DNA from: Chloroflexota bacterium
Lineage (GTDB): Bacteria > Chloroflexota > UBA11872
Length of the DNA stretch: 64,000 nucleotides
Assembly (NCBI GenBank): GCA_965208215.1
Contig: CBDBOH010000003.1
Location: forward strand, 1,761,259-1,825,258
Direction of reading: 5' to 3'
Shown here: positions 38,785 to 47,418 of the stretch, piece after piece
Numbering within the stretch: the stretch's first letter is position 1
How the letters are laid out: each line of letters starts with the position of its first letter
Position numbers and translations under genes: made by a program
Notes under the pieces: generated by a model
What the model saw: the letters and a program-made list of their open reading frames with translations, nothing else
Database searches by the model: none
Told to the model about the DNA's origin: nothing

Positions 38785-40371
38785 CTACGGATGACGTCCA
38801 ACCCAACCGACAATAGTTTTATTCAAATTTCTGTCTAGGCAGAAGTATATGCGAACCAGACGATTGGGTGACGTACTGTCATTCGGTTTTAGATGATCTT
38901 CAAACTGGCGCTTCATTGCTGAGCCGTCATCCCACGTTCTCTTCCTCATCTCCGCTGGCGAGTTTCGAATTGTATCACTCTCCGGTGAATAAGTGACATT
39001 TCGCTCTTGGAGCCACTGTCGCATTGACATCCCGAGCGAGCCATTTCCTCGAAGAAGTGCGGTCAATGTGTCAAGTTCGTCAAGATAACGCGCAATTTTC
39101 TTCGGCGGCCCAGCGTCCGAGTCCAAATCTTCGATGCCTCTTAGTACGTCGTCTCCAAAGGTCAAGTGCTTACAAGTGTCCATTGCACCATAAACAACCT
39201 CCTCAACGGTTAGATCATCTTCGTCAACTTCCTCCACTAAGTCAGGAGTGCTTGACTCGCTTCCCTCTTGCTGTTGCCACCTGATCGTGATCAGCAGTTG
39301 GCGATTCTGGTCTTTAAGTCTATCTATTTCATCGTTCAATTCCTTACTTTGATCTTGGATGTGATCATGTAACTTCTCGATCATTTCTTCGCGTTCCTCC
39401 AATTCTGTCCGGAGGGAATCATTTTGTCGTTCATAGTCTTGAGCCAACTTCATAAAGCCATCAGCGTCTCTGGCTTGCCTGCGCTGATCAACAAAATACT
39501 GTTCTCTAATTCCGGCGATAAGTTTATGCGATGTTTGGAATGCCGATTGCTCGAAAACTATGCGGCGAATCTCATTCCGTATGCGAGTGGCTGCTTCGGC
39601 TGAGCTAACGCCGCCGCGATGTAGGCCATAGTAGGTCCAGAAGCGGTGAGTAAAGGGATGATTAATGGTGTCGCGGAAAGGCCAATAGAGTCGAATAGCA
39701 CCCGCGTAGCAAGACCAGACGCTTCCTTTTGATTGCGAGAGCACCCAGGAAGCATCGCGGTCGATCTCGACCACGTTTGCGAGACCTTCTAGATCATAGG
39801 CCAAGTCTCTTGAAAGAGTAGGGTGTAGAGCAGAACCATAACGGTGGGAGATCACGACTATCGGCAATCCTCGGCTGACACTCCAGATTGCGTCGATAAG
39901 ATCGCGACCATCGTCGCGCCCGGCACAAAGGACGTGCTTCGATAATGCGTGGCTTGCACCTGATTGCCAGGTTCTTGATTGAACGATGTTCCGGACAGCT
40001 CGAGGGCATCTCACCTCGAAAGAGACTGGCGCAAGTGCGGAGGCTGACGTCACCGTGCCAAGTCGACAAGAAAGGACGAGTTGGCTAGAGCTGCAGGCTA
40101 AGTCTATATGCGTCTCAAATGCGCCGTCTTTGATAGGTTCAGTTAGCACAAATGATTCTAGAGTTCCGTCCGCAGTCTGGAGTTGCTCTCTAGTTAAGTG
40201 TGCGACTCGGCCATCTGGAAAGGCTACGTCTCGACGTCCGAGGCTCGTGTCCTGTGCGCCTTTCCAGTTAAGCCAATCTTCCACCATTCTGACACTGGCG
40301 GCCAATTCCGTTGAAGCTGTTCCATCGTCCTGAACAGAGCTACCAAGCGAGTATGAACCGACGATCCGCAT
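38785..40371 (-). CDS. Hypothetical 528-aa protein with a coiled coil and a putative C-terminal RelE-like domain
   Basis: AT-richer, AGGAG RBS. LPIVVIS...SCYAGAIRLYWP; coiled coil from LAQDYERQ to DQNRQLL; C-terminal SPES...FEDHLK...RIYF...IVGWVGRHP. Confidence 0.8.
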   Translation of the reverse strand: MRIVGSYSLGSSVQDDGTASTELAASVRMVEDWLNWKGAQDTSLGRRDVAFPDGRVAHLTREQLQTADGTLESFVLTEPIKDGAFETHIDLACSSSQLVLSCRLGTVTSASALAPVSFEVRCPRAVRNIVQSRTWQSGASHALSKHVLCAGRDDGRDLIDAIWSVSRGLPIVVISHRYGSALHPTLSRDLAYDLEGLANVVEIDRDASWVLSQSKGSVWSCYAGAIRLYWPFRDTINHPFTHRFWTYYGLHRGGVSSAEAATRIRNEIRRIVFEQSAFQTSHKLIAGIREQYFVDQRRQARDADGFMKLAQDYERQNDSLRTELEEREEMIEKLHDHIQDQSKELNDEIDRLKDQNRQLLITIRWQQQEGSESSTPDLVEEVDEDDLTVEEVVYGAMDTCKHLTFGDDVLRGIEDLDSDAGPPKKIARYLDELDTLTALLRGNGSLGMSMRQWLQERNVTYSPESDTIRNSPAEMRKRTWDDGSAMKRQFEDHLKPNDSTSPNRLVRIYFCLDRNLNKTIVGWVGRHP

Positions 40372-40394
40372 TTAGGCTCCTCTTTTCGCAGGCG

Positions 40395-40620
40395 TTACCG
40401 TTGCTTATTGGCGTCCGATTGCCCTACGGCTGGCCAAGTGTGACCGTAAACTTTGATCTCTTCGAGCAGGCATCCAAGCAGGTCGGCATCCTGCTGGGCG
40501 TAAGGGACGAGGCGCGCGATTGGTTCGCCTTGAATGGTGGTAGTCAGACCATTGGTCTCAAGTTGGGTCCGACAGTGTCATCCACTGGGACTTGAGCCGC
40601 GCAGCCGCAATCGTGCGCAT
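40395..40620 (-). pseudogene. Frameshifted Phd/YefM antitoxin (second copy)
   Basis: Not in the ORF track. GGAG-ATG gives MRTIAAARLKSQWMTLSD, then a +1 shift gives QLETNGLTTTIQGEPIARLVPYAQQDADLLGCLLEEIKVYG. Colinear with 41091-41315. Confidence 0.8.
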
Positions 40621-40782
40621 GCAGCTCCTGCCTCGAGGGAAACGTGTCAATTCACACTATATGACTCGTGGAAAAAGCTGTCCATGTAGCATGTGCTAAT
40701 GGCCCTCACTGCATTGTTTCGCCTGCCGGAGCGTGTAGCCGTTGTACTTGCGTCGTGTGTCCCTGGAGGCGGTGGTGTTGAC

Positions 40783-40948
40783 CGCTTCAGCGCGTCAAGC
40801 ACCTCATGCGCAGCGTTGTGCCCCTGCGCGCCCGTGACCTCGCCGCCGGGGTGGGTGCCGTCGCCGCAGAGGTAGAGGTTCTTGATCGGCGTCCGGTAGT
40901 CCGACCACCCGGGCAGTGGCCGGCGCGACATGATCTGCTGCGGCACCA
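40783..40948 (-). pseudogene. Duplicated 3' end of the FAD oxidoreductase at 41477-43024
   Basis: PQQIMSRRPLPGWSDYRTPIKNLYLCGDGTHPGGEVTGAQGHNAAH is nearly identical to the C-terminus of the full gene. Confidence 0.9.
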
Positions 40949-40949
40949 C

Positions 40950-41066
40950 TTCGCCGAAGCCCTCCACGGTATCCTGACGGACATTGGAGCCCAAGCCGAA
41001 AACCGCTACGTGCCGAACGACATCCTCGAAGCGGTCCGGAAGATGTATTGCGAGGCGAGCGGCTAA
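40950..41066 (+). pseudogene. Duplicated 3' end of the ADP-ribosylglycohydrolase
   Basis: FAEALHGILTDIGAQAENRYVPNDILEAVRKMY aligns with IAEALHGIPADIQTEAECRYIPEDILTIVRELY at 38563-38685. Confidence 0.85.
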
Positions 41067-41090
41067 CGCCGAGGATAAGCGCGTGGGATA

Positions 41091-41315
41091 TCAAGACTCG
41101 GCGTCGGCGTTCCACCGGACTCCGGTTGTCAAGATGTCACCCGTAATCCTGATCTTGTCCCGCAGGCTCCCGATTAGTTCTGCATCCCCCTCGGCATAGG
41201 GCACGACCCGCGCGACGGGCTTGCCGCCCTTGGTAATGATCAGGCCATCGGAGTCGAGCTCGTCCAGCAACACGAGGCAATGAGCCTTGAACCACGCGGC
41301 CTCAATCGTCCTCAT
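41091..41315 (-). CDS. Phd/YefM-family antitoxin, orphan; only a 'LDTHALI'-like vapC stub follows at about 41065-41095
   Basis: MRTIEAAWFKAHCLVLLDEL...IITKGGKPVARVVP; downstream gtcttgatatcccacgcgcttatc reads as a frameshifted LDTHALI. Confidence 0.85.
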   Translation of the reverse strand: MRTIEAAWFKAHCLVLLDELDSDGLIITKGGKPVARVVPYAEGDAELIGSLRDKIRITGDILTTGVRWNADAES

Positions 41316-41476
41316 GCCGTTCCTCAGTCAACCGGAATTCAGCCGGATCGCACATTGTGTCCGGCGACAAGACCAGCGATCGACGCCGCTCCAATGCCCG
41401 GCCTCGCAGACCTTCGCAGCTTCCGCGCCGCTCGAATCCCGCGCTGGGCAGAGGACGGCAACTGGCCGACTCGCGC

Positions 41477-43024
41477 CTACCGCCCCAGCTCATCCAGCAC
41501 CACATGCGCCGCGTTGTGGCCTGGGGCGCCGGTTACCTCGCCGCCGGGGTGGGTGCCGGCGCCGCAGAGGTAGAGGTTCTTGATGGGGGTGCGGTAGTCG
41601 GACCAGCCGGGGAGGGGGCGGCGGGACATCATTTGTTGGGGAATCATGTCCACGTGGCGGATGTTGCCGTCGGTCAAGCCGATGCGGTCCTCGATGTCCT
41701 CGGGCGTGAGCATGGTCCAGTCGATGATGGCGTCCCTGAAGTTGGGGGCGTAGCGGCAGAACTCGTCGATCAGCTTTTCCCCGAACTCCTGCCGCTTCTC
41801 CGACCACGTGCCTTCCTTGAGGTGCGCCGGCACGAAGAATACCCACATGGACAGCACGTGCTGTCCGTCGGGCGCCACGGATGGGTCGTAGACGGTCGGA
41901 ATCTGCACCTGGATGACCGGTGTTTCGGGAAGCCGGCCGTTCGTGGCGTCGAACCAGCTCGACTCGCAGTAGTCCGTTGAGGGGGCGAGATTGATCATGG
42001 ACAGGTGTTTGGGGTCGTAGTCGTCGCCCAGGTGGCGCGAGAAGTCGGGCAACTCGCGCAGCGAGCAGAGGAACTTGACCGAGGCGGACTGCGTCTTCAG
42101 CGCTTCGACTTCGTCCACGACGTCCTGGTCCACGTCGTCCCCGTCCAGCAGCTTGGTGAAGGTGCGCTTGGGGTCGGCGTTCGAGAGGACCAGGTCGGCC
42201 TCGATTACCTCGCCGTTCGCCAGCTCCACGCCGGTGGCCTGGCCGTACTCGGTCAGGATGCGGGACACCTCCGCACCCGTGCGGATCGACACCCCCACCG
42301 ACTCGGCGGAGCGGGCCATGGACTGGGTGATGGACCCCATTCCGCCGCGCACGATGCCGTAGTTCTCCGTGTCCTCGCGGTAGGCGCTGAAGCGGTAGAG
42401 CGCCATGATGTAGGCGCTGCCGGGCGCGCTGAGGTTGCCCATGTCGATCGCGCCGATGCTGGCCATCGCCCGCATCTCGTCGGAGACGAATGTGCGGTCG
42501 ATCAGGTCACGAACCGGAACCGTGAGAAGCGTTTCCAGCAGCTCTTCTTCCTCCTCGTCCCTGAATCGCTCGGTGAGCTCGGCCAGGGAAGGCGGCGGCT
42601 GCAGGTAGTAGTCGCTCAGAATCCGCACAGCGCGGTGCCAGAAGTTGGCCCAGTCCAGCCAGGCCTCGGCGTCCTCGGGCGAGAACTGGCGAATCTCTTC
42701 CGCCGTCTTCTCGTCGTCGTGCCACAGCCTGACGGCGCGCCCGTCGGGAAACGGGTGCAGGCGGCCCGGGTCCAGGGGGTAGACGTGGAACCCGTGGTTC
42801 CGCAGCTCCAGCTCGTCGATCACCTTCTGCTGCAGGATGTGGCACACGTAGGAGCAGGTGGAGATGTGAAAGCCGGGAAACCACTCCTCGGTCACGGCCG
42901 CGCCGCCCACCACGTCGCGGCGCTCCAGCACCTGCACGTCCAGCCCGGCCCGGCCGAGATACCCGGCAGCCACCAGCCCGTTGTGCCCGCCGCCGACGAT
43001 TACGACTTTCTTGTTCCCGGCCAT
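41477..43024 (-). CDS. NAD(P)/FAD-dependent oxidoreductase, phytoene dehydrogenase-like
   Basis: VIVGGGHNGLVAAGYL, LERRDVVGGAAVTEE, GGMGSI, NLYLCGAGTHPGGEVTGAPGHNAA. Start at ATG 43024. Confidence 0.92.
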   Translation of the reverse strand: MAGNKKVVIVGGGHNGLVAAGYLGRAGLDVQVLERRDVVGGAAVTEEWFPGFHISTCSYVCHILQQKVIDELELRNHGFHVYPLDPGRLHPFPDGRAVRLWHDDEKTAEEIRQFSPEDAEAWLDWANFWHRAVRILSDYYLQPPPSLAELTERFRDEEEEELLETLLTVPVRDLIDRTFVSDEMRAMASIGAIDMGNLSAPGSAYIMALYRFSAYREDTENYGIVRGGMGSITQSMARSAESVGVSIRTGAEVSRILTEYGQATGVELANGEVIEADLVLSNADPKRTFTKLLDGDDVDQDVVDEVEALKTQSASVKFLCSLRELPDFSRHLGDDYDPKHLSMINLAPSTDYCESSWFDATNGRLPETPVIQVQIPTVYDPSVAPDGQHVLSMWVFFVPAHLKEGTWSEKRQEFGEKLIDEFCRYAPNFRDAIIDWTMLTPEDIEDRIGLTDGNIRHVDMIPQQMMSRRPLPGWSDYRTPIKNLYLCGAGTHPGGEVTGAPGHNAAHVVLDELGR

Positions 43025-43199
43025 GGCTTGCTCCTTCTCCCGCTGCCGCAAAAGCTCGCCGTCGTACGCTCTAAGTTCCATCCCGAACGGCCGCTGCATG
43101 CCTGCGCCCCTCCTACGTGACGCAGCGCGCGGTTACGCGCCACCTCACCGGGGTCACCGGGCTAGAATCTCAGGCCGTTCGGAGGACGGGTCTGAGCTT

Positions 43200-44315
43200 A
43201 TGACACGGGACTCCAGGAAGCCGCTCGGTCTGGACGATGTGTTCATCGTCGACTGCGATGTGCATGCCAACGAACCGCCCGAGGCGCTGGCGCCGTACAT
43301 CGACATGCCCTGGCGCCGCTCGCTGGAGCTGCTGGGCCGCGGCCCGCAGCGCTACCTGGACATTCCCGGCTACGCGCCGATTCTCAACCTCGATCCCCCG
43401 TTTCCCGACCGTGGGTTGGGCAACCGCACCGTCACCACGGCCCGGCAGATGCGTGACGACCTGGACGAGCTATCCATCGACGTCGGCATCCTCTTCCCCG
43501 ACAACCTGCTCAAGATCGCCGTATTCCCGCACGTCGACTACGCGGCGGCGCTTGGGCGTGCCTATAACGCCTGGCTGGCCGACGCGTGGGTGAGCCGCGA
43601 ATCCGGCCTGTACGGCGCCGTGCTTGCCGTTCCCCAGGACCCGAAGGACGCCGCGGAGCAGATCCGCACCTACGGCGCCGACGACCGGTTCGTGGCCGTC
43701 TACCTGCCGGTGGCCGGCCTGCGTCCGCTCTGGGGCGACCGCATGTACGACCCCATCTACGAAGCGGCCGAGGAGATGGGCCTGCCGGTCATGCTCCACA
43801 GCGTCGGCATCATCCACCCGCACTTCCCGTTCAACCTGGAGCACGTGGAATCGCGCATCGTGCGTCACCCCATCAACCACGAGTTCGCGCTGATGGCCAA
43901 CCTGTTCACCATGCTCACGTCCGGCGTGCCGGTCAGGTACCCGGACCTGGAGATCGTCTTCACCGAGGGCGGCGTGTCCTGGGTGCCCTTCTGCATGTGG
44001 CGCATGGACAAGGAATACGCCGAGATTCCCACCGGCGCCCCCTTCCTGGAGCGCCCGCCGAGCGAATACATCAAGGAGATGTACTTCTGCACCCAGCCGA
44101 TCGAGGAGCCGGAACGCTCCCGCGATCTGCTGACCATGATCGACCTGTTCGATGGGCGCGATAAGGTCATATTTGCTTCCGACTGGCCGCACCACGACTT
44201 CGACCATCCGCGCACGGTGCTGAACATGCCGTTCGACGCCGAGCTCAAGCGCAACGTCATGGGCGAGACCGCCCGCCGCCTCTTCAAGCTGCCGGTCCCA
44301 GTTCCCGTCGCCTGA
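43200..44315 (+). CDS. Amidohydrolase-fold protein with a DxDxH motif; candidate dinuclear oxygenase
   Basis: VDCDVH, MLHSV, FTEGG, FASDWPHHDFD; TGATG coupling to the Rieske gene. Confidence 0.85.
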   Translation: MTRDSRKPLGLDDVFIVDCDVHANEPPEALAPYIDMPWRRSLELLGRGPQRYLDIPGYAPILNLDPPFPDRGLGNRTVTTARQMRDDLDELSIDVGILFPDNLLKIAVFPHVDYAAALGRAYNAWLADAWVSRESGLYGAVLAVPQDPKDAAEQIRTYGADDRFVAVYLPVAGLRPLWGDRMYDPIYEAAEEMGLPVMLHSVGIIHPHFPFNLEHVESRIVRHPINHEFALMANLFTMLTSGVPVRYPDLEIVFTEGGVSWVPFCMWRMDKEYAEIPTGAPFLERPPSEYIKEMYFCTQPIEEPERSRDLLTMIDLFDGRDKVIFASDWPHHDFDHPRTVLNMPFDAELKRNVMGETARRLFKLPVPVPVA

Positions 44316-44710
44316 TGTCCCGCATCCGGGTGGGGCCGGCGGACGAGATCCAGCCCGGCCAGCCGGCCTTCGTGAAGCACGGCGACATCGAGATCGCGGT
44401 GTTTCGCGTGGACGACGGCTTTCGCGCTTACCGCAACCGCTGCCCCCACCAGCAGGGACCGGTCTGCACGGGTCCCGTCAGCGGCACCCTGGTCGCCACC
44501 GCCGATACCGACTGGCGCCTGGCCTGGGTGCTCGAAGGCCGGGTGCTGATCTGCCCCTGGCACAGCATGGAGTTCGACCTCGACACCGGCCGGCGCATCC
44601 GCGCCCGCGCGGAACGGTTGCGCGCGTTTCCCGTCGACGTCGATAACGGCGACGTCTTCATCCAGGTCGGCCCGCGTTCGGTCCCAGCGGCTACTGGTCC
44701 GTCCGCCTGA
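44315..44710 (+). CDS. Rieske [2Fe-2S] ferredoxin
   Basis: NRCPHQQG...ICPWHSMEFDLDTG. Confidence 0.92.
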   Translation: MSRIRVGPADEIQPGQPAFVKHGDIEIAVFRVDDGFRAYRNRCPHQQGPVCTGPVSGTLVATADTDWRLAWVLEGRVLICPWHSMEFDLDTGRRIRARAERLRAFPVDVDNGDVFIQVGPRSVPAATGPSA

Positions 44711-47231
44711 CGACGACCTCAATCTCCACCGGCTCGTTTTCGAACCAGGCCACCAACTCGACAAGCACCGACGCCCGCACGACATAGCGCCCCGGCTCAT
44801 CGGGCGCCCGCAGCTGCCCGGTAAACGCATAGCCGCGTCCCGGCGGGATGTCGTTGTACAGGTGTCCCAGCAGGGGAACGCGGCCTTCATACGTCGGTTG
44901 CTCGGTTTCGCTCCCGTCCTCGTTGAACTTCCACCAGCGCCAGCCCAGGCGGATGTTGGCTTCGTCGGTCCAGCTCTTGCGTCCGGTATTCGTCGCGTCC
45001 ACGTGCAGCGGGAGCAACTCGCCGGGCGCCGCCGCGAAGCTGGCCGGGGTTCGCAAGCGAAGGCTGGCCAGCATCCCCTCGGCGCTGCCTTCGAACGCCG
45101 CCGGCTCTACCTGGGCCACGAGGACCGCGCGTTCGAACAGCAACTCGCCGTCCGCTGTCGCGCGCACCACGTAGTTCCCGAGCGCTACCGGTGTGAACCC
45201 GTGCATCGTTGTCGCGTACACCTGGCCCGGTCTCAGAAACGGCGGTGGCAGCACGTCGGTCGCGTACTCGAGCTCCACCGATCCGTCATCTCGAATCCAC
45301 TGGACGTTCACGCGGCGAACCCTGGAGTCCCCGGGCGGAACCCACGCTGTCGCGGCCGGATTGCCCGTCACCAGGGTGCCGACGAACCCGACCTCCGGCT
45401 CGGCCACGTCCACCAGAAACGTGATGTCCGGATCGGCCCAGCGATTGGCGGTTGGCTCGGTGGGATCAGCCAGGGTGATGAGCAGGTGCCGGTCGGCACG
45501 GTTGACTTCGGCGACCCACGGGCCGTTGGCGAAGACCTCCCACGCCGCGCGGTCCCGGTCGCTGAGATGGCGCAGGTCCACCGCTACGGTTCGGATTCCG
45601 AAGGCCTGCAAGCCTTTCGCCAGGCCGCCAAGTTCGCCAGACATCAGCTTGCGTGTCGAGTCGTGAAAAAACCAGTACTGCTGCCAGATGTGTCCCGAGT
45701 ACCCATTGACGAGGGGGCCCACGCCGCTGTCAGTCGCCATCCACATCCGCCAGATCTCGTCGGCCTGTGAGACGGGAACCAGCAGCACGGGGCCGTCCGG
45801 CGTTTCCCTCAGGGCGGCTTTGAGCGTGGCATCGGTTGGAATCGGATAGGTCACAAGCGGCCGCGGCAGCGCTTCCAGCAGGACAAGCCCCGTCGCCAGC
45901 AGTCCGATAAGCGGCGCGGCCAGCCAGCGCTGCGTCAATCGGCGCGTGATCGCGTATACGCCGAGGCCCGCCAAAACGGCGAGCGCAAAGTGCGCCATTA
46001 GCGAGAACCGCGCCACGACGCGGATCGCGCGGAATACCGGAACGTGCTCGAACAGCAGCAGATAGGGCAGCTGGTGCTCGCTTACGACCTCATGACGTTT
46101 CCAGTGGGTGCCCAACGAGAACAACACCGCCAGCGCGGCAAGCGCCAGCAGCAGGACGCTCACCGCTCGCAGCTCCCGGCGCCTGCCCGTCCAGCCCAGC
46201 AACCCGGCCCCCGCGCCCAGGGCCGCGAGAGCGGGCGGCACGAAGCCGGGAAAAATCCGCCGCTCGCCACTTGGGACCGGGAATCGATCCATCAGCGCGT
46301 CGTACCACTGCAGCCGTCCGTTCGGCGACAGGTAATCGCGAAGCTGCGGCGCAAAGTTCTGAACTTCGGTGATGTCGCGGTTCGCGCGCCAGGCGTCGGC
46401 AAAGCTCAGATACCCATACACGATCGGCACGAACGGCAGGCTGGCCACGATACCCGCGCCAACCATCGCGACCCCCAGCTTCACGTCGCGGCGGACCGCC
46501 ACCCGGTACACGGCCGGGGGGATGACGAATGCCGCGTACACCATCGCGGCGATCACCCCCAGGTGTACCGCCGTGGCGAACTGGGTCCAGACCATCAGCG
46601 TCGCCAGCCCGAAGTCCAGCCAGCCGCCGCCTCGCCAAAGGCGGATCCCGAACAGGAGCACCAGCGGCAGGTACCACGCGCCCAGGAACTGGAAGTGATT
46701 GGCATACGCCAGCTGCAACGGTCCAAAGGCATACACCGCCCCGGCCAGCAGCGCCCCGGGACGTGAGCCCGTCAGAACCAGCACCATCGCGTACATCGCG
46801 CCTGCGTTCAGGGCGAAGGCCGCGATGTGCGTGATGCTGTAGGCCAGCACCGGGTTCTGAACTACCCAGGCAATCGGACCGTAGATGGGCAGGAACCCAA
46901 GCAACAGATCCGACCCGAACAGCGCCCCGCCGGACCCGTAGTAGAAGTTGCCTACGAAAAAGTCGCCGGGTCTGGCAAACAGCGCCGTCCGGGTCCACTC
47001 CAGAATGCTGAGGATGAACAACTGATCGCCGCTGGGCTTGTAGGCGATGTGCGTGCCGGCGACCAGCAACAGCGGGTGTGTGAATACCAGCGCGGCGGCC
47101 ACATACAGCAGCGCAGCCGCCGCGTGCCACCAACGCCGATCCGCGGCCAGCCACGTGGCGAGCGTGCTCAAGCGGCCGTTCGCATGGCTGGCCAAGTGAA
47201 CCTGTGACGTTGTTGCCGCGGCCCTCGTCAC
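44691..47231 (-). CDS. Polytopic membrane protein, YfhO/GT-C-like, with C-terminal Ig-like domains
   Basis: About 12-13 TM segments in the N-terminal half (SGDQLF, VRVVARF, PLVNGYSG); soluble tail with ATNTG...W...IRLGWRWW...LRAPDEPGRY. Confidence 0.7.
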   Translation of the reverse strand: MTRAAATTSQVHLASHANGRLSTLATWLAADRRWWHAAAALLYVAAALVFTHPLLLVAGTHIAYKPSGDQLFILSILEWTRTALFARPGDFFVGNFYYGSGGALFGSDLLLGFLPIYGPIAWVVQNPVLAYSITHIAAFALNAGAMYAMVLVLTGSRPGALLAGAVYAFGPLQLAYANHFQFLGAWYLPLVLLFGIRLWRGGGWLDFGLATLMVWTQFATAVHLGVIAAMVYAAFVIPPAVYRVAVRRDVKLGVAMVGAGIVASLPFVPIVYGYLSFADAWRANRDITEVQNFAPQLRDYLSPNGRLQWYDALMDRFPVPSGERRIFPGFVPPALAALGAGAGLLGWTGRRRELRAVSVLLLALAALAVLFSLGTHWKRHEVVSEHQLPYLLLFEHVPVFRAIRVVARFSLMAHFALAVLAGLGVYAITRRLTQRWLAAPLIGLLATGLVLLEALPRPLVTYPIPTDATLKAALRETPDGPVLLVPVSQADEIWRMWMATDSGVGPLVNGYSGHIWQQYWFFHDSTRKLMSGELGGLAKGLQAFGIRTVAVDLRHLSDRDRAAWEVFANGPWVAEVNRADRHLLITLADPTEPTANRWADPDITFLVDVAEPEVGFVGTLVTGNPAATAWVPPGDSRVRRVNVQWIRDDGSVELEYATDVLPPPFLRPGQVYATTMHGFTPVALGNYVVRATADGELLFERAVLVAQVEPAAFEGSAEGMLASLRLRTPASFAAAPGELLPLHVDATNTGRKSWTDEANIRLGWRWWKFNEDGSETEQPTYEGRVPLLGHLYNDIPPGRGYAFTGQLRAPDEPGRYVVRASVLVELVAWFENEPVEIEVVVRRTDQ

Positions 47232-47418
47232 GCGCCGTCAAACCTTTCGGAACTCAGGTCGTCATCCATCGCCATCAAACGCGAGCGGCCACCATAGTGG
47301 CAGACACCGCGATCGACGCTGCTGCAGCCACGCAGCACCGGGGGCCCACTCGCACCTCGGCGCCCCGGCGCGCCGCTTCCGCCGCCGTGTACGCTGGAAG
47401 TGTGAGGGCCGCCCGGAG

